Shown: piece by piece, positions 1 through 9,200 of the stretch | How positions within the stretch are numbered: position 1 is the stretch's first letter | How the letters are laid out: the number at the start of each line of letters is the position of its first letter | Source of the DNA: Clostridia bacterium | GTDB taxonomy: Bacteria; Bacillota; Clostridia; Christensenellales; CAG-1252 | Assembly (NCBI GenBank): GCA_017444385.1 | Contig: JAFSWQ010000008.1 | Span: 71,685 to 135,684, forward strand | Direction: 5' to 3' | DNA length: 64,000 bases | Program-made: the position numbers and the translations under genes | Notes under the pieces: generated by a model | Databases searched by the model: none | Told to the model about the DNA's origin: nothing | Seen by the model: the letters and a program-made list of their open reading frames with translations, nothing else

Positions 1-48
1 GAAAAATTAAAATAGTTTTCAAATTACGCGCTTTCTCATACTATTAGT

Positions 49-561
49 ATGAAAAAGATTATCCCTCTTTTGTTATGCGTATTTATTATCGTAACAACCT
101 TTACCGCTTTATACTCTTATTCTCTCGGCAAAGTCAATTATTATATATCTACAATTAAAAAGTATTCTACGCAATCTATATCCGCCTCAATGATCGCCGC
201 AATAATACGCGTAGAAAGTAATTTCGATCCACTCGCGCGCTCGAATAAAGGCGCGATAGGTTTAATGCAATTATTACCCAAAACAGCCGAATACGTCGCG
301 CAAATATTCAAAATAGGCTACGACGAATCCGATCTTTTAGACGGCGAGAAAAATATCCAAATCGGCGTTTTATATTTAAGTTACTTACTCGATAGGTTTT
401 CCCTCGAATGGGTGATAGTCGCTTATAACGCAGGCGAAACTATTACAAAAAAATGGATAGAAAGCGGCGTTTCGTTAAATAAAATACCATATAAAGAAAC
501 CCGCGATTATTACAAAAAAGTTGTAAGAGCAATGAAACTATACGAATTTTCGGGATATTGA
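49..561 (+). CDS. Membrane-anchored lytic transglycosylase (SLT domain)
   Basis: 170-aa ORF with an N-terminal hydrophobic helix (IIPLLLCVFIIVTTF). SLT-type catalytic region IIRVESNFDPLARSNKGAIGLMQL and downstream AYNAG motif. Confidence 0.8.
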   Translation: MKKIIPLLLCVFIIVTTFTALYSYSLGKVNYYISTIKKYSTQSISASMIAAIIRVESNFDPLARSNKGAIGLMQLLPKTAEYVAQIFKIGYDESDLLDGEKNIQIGVLYLSYLLDRFSLEWVIVAYNAGETITKKWIESGVSLNKIPYKETRDYYKKVVRAMKLYEFSGY

Positions 562-717
562 TTATGTGGCTTGAATTCGAGGTCTTTTATTCTCCAATTC
601 TAAAAATATCGCGGGATATATAATATTTTCTATTTCTTTATAAAATAAATAAAAAAGAAACTGTCGGTTGCGTGAAAAATCCTCGTATTTGTGTTATTAT
701 ATAGTTGGAGGTAAATT

Positions 718-1479
718 ATGGAAACCAAAGACATTTTGCGAGAATTAAGAACTAAAAGAAATTTATCTCAAGACGAACTCGCCGAAATAGTTTTCGTCAC
801 CAGGCAAGCGGTCTCTCGCTGGGAAACCGGCGAAACTCTACCCGGAACGGATACCCTCAAACTCTTGTCAAAGGTATTCGACGTATCTATAAATACTTTG
901 CTCGGCAGCCCACGCAAGTTGGTTTGCCAGTGTTGCGGTATGCCGCTAACGGACGACCTTATCAGCAAAGACAAAGACGAGGCGTTCAACGAAAATTATT
1001 GCAAATGGTGCTACTATGACGGAGAATTCACTTACAACAATATGGACGATCTTATTAAAGTATGTATTCCGCACATGGTGGCAAGCGGATTTAACGAAAA
1101 CGAAGCGCGCGAGTATATGAAATCCATTCTACCAAAACTCAATTATTGGAAGAATAAAGAAGACACCGACGGCGCGAAAAACGAAGAATTAAAGAAGACG
1201 TTAATAAAAGAATTCAACGCGCTTAATATAAAAGGACTGCCCAAAGTGACCGCCTTAAACGCGCTCGTTGGCATTTACGTCAATCTCGAATATCCTCTTC
1301 CAAACGGCACTTCGGCGAAGTTTCTGAAGGACGACGTAACCTATTTCGGAAATCAAGTTGAAATCCAAGATGGTGACAAGAAGTGCTACGGTATCGTCGG
1401 CTGCCGCGACTTTATCCTTGTCGCTCGTTACGGTGAAGGGGGCAGCGATCCCGAATTGATAGCGTATAAGAAATTATAA
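718..1479 (+). CDS. XRE-family HTH regulator fused to a Cys4 zinc ribbon and an uncharacterised C-terminal domain
   Basis: N-terminal HTH_3-like LRELRTKRNLSQDELAEIVFVTRQAVSRWETGETLP. CQCCG...CKWC zinc-ribbon pattern. GGAGG RBS just upstream of the ATG. Confidence 0.75.
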   Translation: METKDILRELRTKRNLSQDELAEIVFVTRQAVSRWETGETLPGTDTLKLLSKVFDVSINTLLGSPRKLVCQCCGMPLTDDLISKDKDEAFNENYCKWCYYDGEFTYNNMDDLIKVCIPHMVASGFNENEAREYMKSILPKLNYWKNKEDTDGAKNEELKKTLIKEFNALNIKGLPKVTALNALVGIYVNLEYPLPNGTSAKFLKDDVTYFGNQVEIQDGDKKCYGIVGCRDFILVARYGEGGSDPELIAYKKL

Positions 1480-1496
1480 TTAACATACTGCTTTGC

Positions 1497-1815
1497 TTTA
1501 AAATAGTATATTGTAGCCGTTCAACGCCTTAACATATTCGGTTGCCCGTAAGTAAAAAGAATTTAGTAAAAAATTGATAAAGTAAAAGAAATTATCATTA
1601 GTCTAATTCTTCGTTTCAAATAGTTTGTTATAGCCGTTCAACGCCTTAACATATTCGGATGCCCGTAAGTAAAAAGAATTTAGTCAAAAATTGATAAAGG
1701 AAAAGAAATCATCATTAGTCTAATTCATCGTTTCAAATAGTTTGTTATAGCCGTTAAAAGCCTTAACTTATTCGGCTTACCGTTAGTAAAAAGATTTTTG
1801 TAAAATAATTGACAT
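1497..1815 (+). repeat. Three tandem ~117-bp direct repeats upstream of tRNA-Leu; the third merges into the tRNA promoter
   Basis: Units start at about 1501, 1618 and 1735 (AAATAGT..TAGCCGTTCAACGCCTTAAC..GTAAAAAGAATTTAGT.AAAAATTGATAAAG). Units 1 and 2 are near-identical; unit 3 is diverged. Confidence 0.85.
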
Positions 1816-1837
1816 ACGATATAATATAGTTTATTAT
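1809..1837 (+). promoter_or_regulatory. Sigma-A-type promoter for tRNA-Leu(CAG)
   Basis: TTGACA (1809-1814), 17-bp spacer, TATTAT (1832-1837), about 10 nt before the tRNA 5' end. Confidence 0.6.
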
Positions 1838-1846
1838 ATTATAGAC

Positions 1847-1932
1847 GCGAGGGTGGCGGAATGGCAGACGCGCTAGATTCAGGTTCTAGTGGTAGCAATG
1901 CTGTGTGGGTTCAAGTCCCATCTCTCGCACCA
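1847..1932 (+). tRNA. tRNA-Leu (anticodon CAG), CCA encoded
   Basis: Hand-folded cloverleaf: acceptor GCGAGGG/CTCTCGC, anticodon stem CTAGA/TCTAG with loop TTCAGGT, long variable arm, T-loop TTCAAGT, 3' ACCA. Confidence 0.9.
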
Positions 1933-1934
1933 AA

Positions 1935-1965
1935 ACAAGCAAGCCGATCGACTTGCTTGTTTTTA
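1935..1965 (+). terminator. Rho-independent terminator after tRNA-Leu
   Basis: Perfect 9-bp stem ACAAGCAAG/CTTGCTTGT with an 8-nt loop, followed by a T run. Confidence 0.8.
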
Positions 1966-2071
1966 TAAAAAATAGGCAACTATATATCATCACGCGAAAT
2001 GCGTGTAGATTAAATGATAATACGAAATTGAAAATATATTCTTTCAAAGATAATAACTTAAAAGACCGTAA

Positions 2072-2635
2072 ATGAACAACGTTTTAGATTGTAAGAATAG
2101 AGAAGAGTTCCGTGAGTGGTTAAGTAAGCACTCGCAGAGAGAGGGCGAGTGTTATTTGCTGTTGAAGCGTGGTAAGCCAAAAGACGACAATGCGTTTTAC
2201 TATATCGACGCGGTGGAAGAGGCTCTTTGTTTCGGGTGGATAGATTCGACGATGAAACGGATCGACGGCGTGACTTATCAAAGGTTTTCCCCGCGTAAAA
2301 AGAACGGCTTATGGACGGAATTAAATAAAGAACGCGTAAGAAGATTGGAAAAACTCTCTCTTATGACGGATTTGGGTAGAGCTGTATTGCCCGATATGAA
2401 CGCTGAATTCAAATTGGACGAAGAGATAGAAGCGGCAATCAAAGAAGCGGGCGTTTGGTCGACTTACAAATCCTTCCCGCCTCTATATCAAAGAGTACGC
2501 GCATACAATCTTAAATTCTACAAAGATAAACTTCCCGCTCAATATAGAAAGAGTCTCGCTAACTTTATAGAGAAGACAAAAGAAGGGAATACTTACGGCG
2601 AATGGAACGATTACGGGCGACTTTTAGACTATTAA
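2072..2635 (+). CDS. YdeI/OmpD-associated family protein
   Basis: 187 aa. FREWL...YIDAVEEALCFGWIDSTMKRIDG..YQRFSPRKKNGLWTELNKERVRRL matches my recollection of the YdeI/OmdA family pattern. Confidence 0.6.
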   Translation: MNNVLDCKNREEFREWLSKHSQREGECYLLLKRGKPKDDNAFYYIDAVEEALCFGWIDSTMKRIDGVTYQRFSPRKKNGLWTELNKERVRRLEKLSLMTDLGRAVLPDMNAEFKLDEEIEAAIKEAGVWSTYKSFPPLYQRVRAYNLKFYKDKLPAQYRKSLANFIEKTKEGNTYGEWNDYGRLLDY

Positions 2636-2644
2636 GAAACTACG

Positions 2645-3238
2645 ATGAAAAAGACAATAATATACGTACACGGTAAAGGCGGCAATAAATTAGAGGCGGA
2701 TAGATACAAAGCAATTTTCAGCGACTCACGCGTTTTGGGCGTTGATTACGATCCCGCGCCTCAAAAAGCCCCCAAAGACATTAACTTATTCGTCCGTCAA
2801 AGCAAAAATGACGGCGAAGTGATACTTATCGCTAATAGTATCGGAGCGTACTTTTCTATGATAGCGGGGATAGATAACGAGATAAGTAAAGCCTATTTTA
2901 TCTCGCCTATCGTCGATATGGAAAAGATAATATTAAACTTGATGAAAGCGGCAAACGTCACCGAAGAGCGATTAAGAAAAGAGAAGATAATCCCTACCGA
3001 ATTCGGCGAACCTCTTTCTTTTGAGTATCTATCTTTCGTCCGTAATAATCCTATACGTTGGCGCGCCCCCACCGCGATATTATACGGGGAAAACGACGCT
3101 TTCACCGACTTCGAAACGATGAGAAACTTCGCCGTAAGTATAGGCGCGACTATTACCACTATGCCAAACGGCGAACACTGGTTCCACACCCCCGAACAAC
3201 TCGAATTTTTAGATAACTGGATAAAAAGCGTACAATAA
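2645..3238 (+). CDS. Alpha/beta hydrolase family protein
   Basis: 197 aa. IYVHGKGG start, nucleophile-elbow-like ANSIGA, C-terminal GEHWF (His). Confidence 0.6.
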   Translation: MKKTIIYVHGKGGNKLEADRYKAIFSDSRVLGVDYDPAPQKAPKDINLFVRQSKNDGEVILIANSIGAYFSMIAGIDNEISKAYFISPIVDMEKIILNLMKAANVTEERLRKEKIIPTEFGEPLSFEYLSFVRNNPIRWRAPTAILYGENDAFTDFETMRNFAVSIGATITTMPNGEHWFHTPEQLEFLDNWIKSVQ

Positions 3239-3407
3239 TTTTAGATAGAGGATAGAAAATGTTTTCGATATCTCTATTTATTCATATTTTCAGTGCTATT
3301 ATCAAAATGAAACAGATATACTTGCGATTTTTTACAAGATGATCAAAAAAACAATACGAGTATAACTGAATCACAACAAGTATTAGGTAAAAAACTTTAG
3401 TTAAGTC

Positions 3408-4421
3408 TTATATCGGCTTATCTACTTTCGTAGAGAAGTAGGAAGTACCGTCGAGGTCTTCGAGAGGGAAGAGTTCGAGGTCGAACGAGCCGTCTTCCAA
3501 TAAGGTTATCAAAGTGCCACCGCGTTGCCCGTGGCGCTTTTTTATACCTTTATACGCTAAAAAGTCCATACTCATTCCATAAGTCATACGAATTCCTTTG
3601 TAGGTTAGGGAAGCGGTGTTGAGGTGATCGTGCCCGAAAAACATTCCTTTGCAAGAGCCGAAATCCACCATCTCTTCGAAGAAGTTGCCGTGCTTGGTTT
3701 TAGGGTAGCCGACGTAGTTGTCCTTTTCTTGTATAAAGCCGAGGTGGTACGTGACCGACTTATCCCCACGGTAGCATTTTTCCCAAGCGTCGCGGAATTC
3801 TTTGGGCGGAATGTGGAAAAAAGCGAGAGAGCGGGGAGTATCGTCGCCCGTTTTATAAGAGTTTATCTTATCTTTATACCAATTGATTTGCTCGTCTGAA
3901 ATTACGTCAAATCCGCTGAAAAAGGTTTTTCCGAGATAGGAATTCGAGTCTAAAAACATTAAAACGGTATTCAATTCGCCGTTTTCATTGAGTACGCGAA
4001 TATCGTAATTCCCGCGGTCATTATTAAAGCATTCGCCCTTTCTAAATAGGCAATTGGGTAGACTTTCGTAATAAGCGGATAGGTCGTCCCTATTGTAGCG
4101 CGACCATATTTCGGTGTCGTGATTGCCGAAGACCATCGCCCACGGAATACCCAATCTTTCCATAAAAGAGCCGAAAATTTTTGAGGATTTGAGGTTGTTA
4201 AAAGTACCCGACATAAAAGGCTTTGGATAAAATACCATAGGATAAACCGCGTCGCCTGTAACCGCGATAAGGTCGGGGCAAACCGCGTCGACTACCTTTT
4301 TGATCCCGTCAAGGGCGGCTTTGTCTTCTTTCCGCGTGAAAATACAACCGCCTATATGAATGTCGGTCAATTGTAAAATCTTAAATTTTCCGTCTTTTAA
4401 GGTAAAAGTAGGCGAGTCCAT
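3408..4421 (-). CDS. Metallophosphoesterase (calcineurin-like)
   Basis: 337 aa. Motifs LTDIHIG, GDAVY, GNHD, GHDH. Confidence 0.8.
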   Translation of the reverse strand: MDSPTFTLKDGKFKILQLTDIHIGGCIFTRKEDKAALDGIKKVVDAVCPDLIAVTGDAVYPMVFYPKPFMSGTFNNLKSSKIFGSFMERLGIPWAMVFGNHDTEIWSRYNRDDLSAYYESLPNCLFRKGECFNNDRGNYDIRVLNENGELNTVLMFLDSNSYLGKTFFSGFDVISDEQINWYKDKINSYKTGDDTPRSLAFFHIPPKEFRDAWEKCYRGDKSVTYHLGFIQEKDNYVGYPKTKHGNFFEEMVDFGSCKGMFFGHDHLNTASLTYKGIRMTYGMSMDFLAYKGIKKRHGQRGGTLITLLEDGSFDLELFPLEDLDGTSYFSTKVDKPI

Positions 4422-4554
4422 GTTTCTATCCTTGATTGGTTATATATAAATAATAACATAATTTTAGTTGATAATTCAATAGATAATTTGAAGTTTGAAT
4501 AAGAAAGTAGAGAAGGTGAAGTGCTTTTGAATATATATTATTAAAAACCTCTCG

Positions 4555-4589
4555 TTAGGGGATCCTTCGACAGGCTCGGGAAGAGGTAC
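4555..4589 (+). repeat. Degenerate single arm of the REP/MITE-like hairpin family (locus A)
   Basis: TTAGGGGATCCTTCGACAGGCTCGGGAAGAGGTAC resembles the right arm at 62501-62535. Confidence 0.7.
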
Positions 4590-4749
4590 TATATATTATA
4601 TTGATTACATTTTTGGGAATTAAGGTCTAAAGGTTACGTTTTTGGGAATTCAGTTATAAAAGAAAACATAATAGAATGATTATATGACAATTATTTATGA
4701 ATCTAATATTTACAATTAAAATAAAAAACCTTGCAAATCAATGCAAAGT

Positions 4750-4772
4750 TAAAAATCCCGACGAGCGTCGGG
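4750..4772 (-). terminator. Rho-independent terminator of the small acidic membrane protein gene
   Basis: CCCGAC/GTCGGG stem with a 4-nt loop, followed on the - strand by a T run. Confidence 0.6.
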
Positions 4773-4796
4773 TGTTTAATACGTTTGATCGTAGGT

Positions 4797-5033
4797 TTAT
4801 ACTAAAGTCTTTGCAACGAAAAGACCAACGAATAATACGATTGCGGCGGCTAAACCGATGCAAGTCCAAGCGATTACGGGATGAACGTAACCTTTCTTTT
4901 TCTTGGCGTCTTTCTTATCGTCTGCTGCGGCTTCTTCGGCAGGAGCTTCGGCTGCGGTGTCTTCTGCTGTCTCGGGCGCGGTATCTTCCGCGGCTTCTAC
5001 TTCGTTGTTTTCTACTTTTTCAATGTCGGACAT
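4797..5033 (-). CDS. Small tail-anchored membrane protein with an acidic Ala/Glu-rich N-terminus
   Basis: I place the start at MSDIEKV (ATG 5033), which has an AAGGAG RBS, rather than the ORF-track start at 5072. One C-terminal TM helix (VIAWTCIGLAAAIVLFVGLFV). Confidence 0.55.
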   Translation of the reverse strand: MSDIEKVENNEVEAAEDTAPETAEDTAAEAPAEEAAADDKKDAKKKKGYVHPVIAWTCIGLAAAIVLFVGLFVAKTLV

Positions 5034-5226
5034 AATCGTATCTCCTTTCAATATGTATTTATTATATACCAAACCCTCTAAAAATTCAACAGTTTTTTAT
5101 AAAATTATTACTTTTTGCTCGAAAAAATTGGTTAAAATTTGATATTTATTTATAATTATTAAAAATTCACGTCATCAATGACGCTAAAAACTTGATTATT
5201 AGATTTTGGTATTATAGAATAGAGCC

Positions 5227-6111
5227 GTGAAGCAACTAACTTTATCGGAATACCTCATAAATACTTACGGCGAGAAAATATACAAAATCTCGCTCTCGTC
5301 GGGGTGTACCTGCCCCAATCGAGACGGAACGAAGGGAACTTCGGGCTGCGCTTTTTGTTTAAACGGCTCGGGGGAATTCGCGACGCGTGGGGATATCGAC
5401 TTTCAATTCGAAGAGGCGAAAGCGAAGATAAGCGAGAAAACCAAAGCAAAACGCTTTATCGCTTATTTTCAGTCCTTTTCCAACACTTACGGAAACGTCG
5501 AGGAACTAACGAAGCTATATAAAAAAGTCGCCTTAAAAGAGGAAGTAGCGATTTTATCTATCGCAACTCGTCCCGACTGTATAAACGACGATGTGATTAA
5601 GACGCTTAAAGAACTCTCTTTGATTAAGCCCGTTTGGGTTGAATTAGGGTTGCAAACGGCAAATATCGAATCGGCGCGTAAACTGAATTTAGGCTACGAC
5701 AAATACGACTTTATAAAGGCATTTAACGCTTTGAAAGAAATAGGCGTTAAAGTAATTGCTCACGTCATTTTTTCGCTACCGGACGAGAGCGAAGAGGACT
5801 CGCTCGACACCGTTCGGTTTTTGAGCGAATTATCTCCCGCTATCGACGGCGTAAAGATTCAAATGCTACACGTCCTAAAAGGAACGCCGTTAGGGGATAG
5901 ATATATTGAAAAGCCATTCCGCTTGTATAGTCTTGAAGAATACGGCAAACTATTAAAACGAGCGCTCGAAATTTTACCCGAAAGCGTAGTGATACATCGT
6001 ATTACCGGCGATCCGCCGCGTAAATACCTTTTAGCGCCCCTTTGGACGATAGACAAAAAGAAGACCTTGAACTATCTTAACAAGTACACGATAGGGAAGG
6101 GCGGGAAATAA
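5227..6111 (+). CDS. TIGR01212-family radical SAM protein
   Basis: 294 aa with a GTG start. SSGCTCPNRDGTKGTSGCAFC cluster typical of the YtqA/YhcC-like family. Confidence 0.75.
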   Translation: MKQLTLSEYLINTYGEKIYKISLSSGCTCPNRDGTKGTSGCAFCLNGSGEFATRGDIDFQFEEAKAKISEKTKAKRFIAYFQSFSNTYGNVEELTKLYKKVALKEEVAILSIATRPDCINDDVIKTLKELSLIKPVWVELGLQTANIESARKLNLGYDKYDFIKAFNALKEIGVKVIAHVIFSLPDESEEDSLDTVRFLSELSPAIDGVKIQMLHVLKGTPLGDRYIEKPFRLYSLEEYGKLLKRALEILPESVVIHRITGDPPRKYLLAPLWTIDKKKTLNYLNKYTIGKGGK

Positions 6112-6291
6112 AAGGTGATTTATGGATTTTTAAAAACTCGCGTAAATCCAAACTTTACAATTTATATTTTTTATTGAAATCTATATACTTTTAATTTAAT
6201 TTAATCTATAATAGAAATACGCGGCCGTGTAATATAGATACGTCTACGGGCGAAGTTACGGCGACCGCAAAACAATAACGAGGGTGATAAA

Positions 6292-9200
6292 ATGGACGAA
6301 AAACTAAAAGGCTGGGCGGAAGGTCTACTCGATCTAACCAAAAACAACAACCTTATCAATTTCAAAGACACGAGAAGCGGGACTTTGGACGTAATATATC
6401 CCGATTTCAACACGTTGTTCGACAAGATAAACTCGGACGCTACGTTAGAGGTGTACGATCCTAAATTCGACGATGAAGACGAGGACGAGCCTATTTCCGA
6501 CGACGTTGAATCCGTTCTTCGCGCAACCGCGCCGAGAATAAAGAAAAACAATCAAATAATCGTCTACAACGCTTATACTCGCAATCCCATACCAATTCTT
6601 AAACAAATCAAGAATAAGGCGTTGACCGTAATGACCGAGACCAGCGTTAATATAACCTACGTCGCTACGGCGTTTATCCTTTGGAAAGAGCCCGACGAGC
6701 CCGACGTTTACAAAGCGCCTATTCTTCTCACGCCTATAACCATCTTAAACAATTCCGCGCTTACGCCTTTCTATATCGAAACGCAACAAGACGAAACCAT
6801 CGTCAACCCCACTTTCGCGTATAAACTCAAAGCCGAACACAATATCGATCTTCCCGACTTCGGCGACGAAACCATAGACGAATACGTTACCAAAGTGGAA
6901 AGTATAGTTAAAATGCTCGGTTGGAGCGTTTCGAGAAGCATAAAGATAAGCACGTTTTCTTTCTTGAAGATGAATATGTACGTCGACTTGAAAGACAATT
7001 CCGAGAAGATACTTGAAAACAAAAACGTTCGAGCGTTACTCGGTATCGCGGATTTCGAGTTCGACGGCGAAACCGCCAAAAAGCCTCTCGATCTATTCCA
7101 GTTACACCCCATAGTCGACGCGGACAGCTCTCAATCACGCGCTATGCAAATGGCTCGAGACGGCGTTACCTTCGTTTTACAGGGGCCCCCGGGAACGGGT
7201 AAAAGCCAAAGTATAACCAATATAATCGCCGAATGTTTGTATGCGGGTAAAAAGGTGCTTTTCGTTTCCGAAAAACTCGCCGCGTTAAACGTGGTTTACG
7301 AGAAGCTCAAACAAAGCGACCTCGCGGATTTCTGTTTGGAATTACACAGCAGTAAATCCAACAAAAAGGACGTCGTTAAAGAATTGTGCCGCGTTTTGAA
7401 TTTAGGTAAGACGGGCGTATCGCCCAAGGCGGAAAGAGAACTTCAACAAATCGCTTTGGCGAAAGAGAAGCTCGACGGTTACGTCGACGAATTGCACGCC
7501 GAAAGAGAGACGATAAAACGTTCGCTCTTTGAAATGATCGTCGAATACAACGAAACCAAAGTCGAAAAAGAAATAGATTACGTTATTCGCGATATACATC
7601 TTAAAGGCGAAGAGTATTTCAACGAGATAACCGAGCACCTACATCACTACGTCGAGATGATAGACTACGTAGGAGAAGACTACCGCAAGAATTGCTGGTT
7701 CGGCTTTATCGGATCAGATCCCAGTTATTCCGCAAAAGTCAAGGTCAAAGAAGCCCTTTTGAAAATGGTGGACTTTTTGTGCGACCTTAAACCCGTCGTA
7801 GCCGAATTGAAACAAAAATTCGATATCGACGCCGACTCGGTTTCCCTCTCGAACAAGTACTCGAATTACTGTTTATTCCTCTCGCAAGTAAGATATCTTT
7901 TGCCTTCTACTCTCAATAAAGAAAAGGCGGCGAAAGTCCTCGACCTTATCAACGAGCAAGGCGGATCAGCCGAGAAGTATTTGAAAATCAAGGGCGAAAT
8001 CGACGCGGAATTCAAAGAAGACATATACGCTCTTGAAGCCTCTCTCGTCAAAAACAACCTCGTCCTTAACTACGGTAAGGGCATAAAGAGAGCGTTTTCA
8101 AAGGAATACAAAGAAATATCCAATTTATTTAGAAGTTATAATAAGTCGTTAAAGAAAGTCTCTTACGACGAGATTTTGGCGTTACTCGATAAACTTATCG
8201 ACCTAAAAGAAACCGAGCGGGTATTCGTCGAAAACGAAGGGAAATACGTCGGCTACTTCAATTCCGCTTACGCCGGCGTTAAGACCGACTTTACTAGACT
8301 TCTAAACGAACTCAAAGCGGTGGTCGAATACGATCTACCCGTCGGCAAAATCGCCTCGATGAGCGAAGAGCAATTCAAGGCTTGCCGCCGCGACCTCGCC
8401 CAAATCAAAGAAAAAATCAAAGCCACTCAAGACGAACACAAGGACGCTATCAAATTCATTCACGCTTCCTTCGATCCCAAAGACTTCAATTTGTTGAAGT
8501 TACCCATAGACAGCGTTATCGAAAAATTCACCCTTTGCAACGCGAATATCGACGAAATAGTCAACTGGATAAACTTCTACGCGCTTTTCGTGAAGATAAG
8601 GGAAATGGACGTTGCGGACTACCTGCCCACCTACATAGACGAGGGCGTAAAGAAAGAGGAAGTCGTCAAAGTATTCAAAAAGATTTTCTTCAAAGAATGG
8701 TTCGACTACGTTATCCAAAACACCCCCTCGCTTGCCGAACTCGGTAGAATATTGCACGACCGCACCGTTGATCAATTCGCCGAAAAAGATCAACTGCAAT
8801 TCGCCGTAAACAAGGCGAAGATAAAAGCCAAAGTATCCTCGTCAAGACCCGACCTCGATCTTATCACCGCGGGAAGTCCCATTTCAATTCTTATGAGAGA
8901 GGGCGAAAAGAAGAGAAGGCACAAACCCATTCGTCAATTGCTCGAAGAGATCCCCGATCTCGTTCAGGATTTGAAGCCTTGCTTCCTTATGTCGCCGTTA
9001 AGCGTAAGCACCTTCCTCACCGCCGACTTCCACTTCGACACCGTCATATTCGACGAAGCGTCGCAAATATTCCCGCAAGACGCGGTGGGCGCGATTTATC
9101 GCGGCGATCAACTTATTTGCGTGGGCGACTCAAAGCAAATGCCGCCTACAAACTTCTTCAATTCGACGATAACTTACAGCGAGAACTTCCGTGACGAGGA

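Noticed and set aside
4697-5142. Overlapping ORFs 4697-5035 (+), 4881-5081 (+) and 4903-5142 (+)
   Set aside because: Arg/Leu-rich or Ser/Ala-rich low-complexity translations antisense to the better-supported small membrane protein gene (RBS, TM helix, terminator).
6201-6551. 116-aa ORF antisense to or overlapping the helicase 5' end, and other internal antisense ORFs of 6292-10839
   Set aside because: Ser-rich or Leu-rich low-complexity translations inside a motif-rich 1515-aa sense ORF. No independent support.
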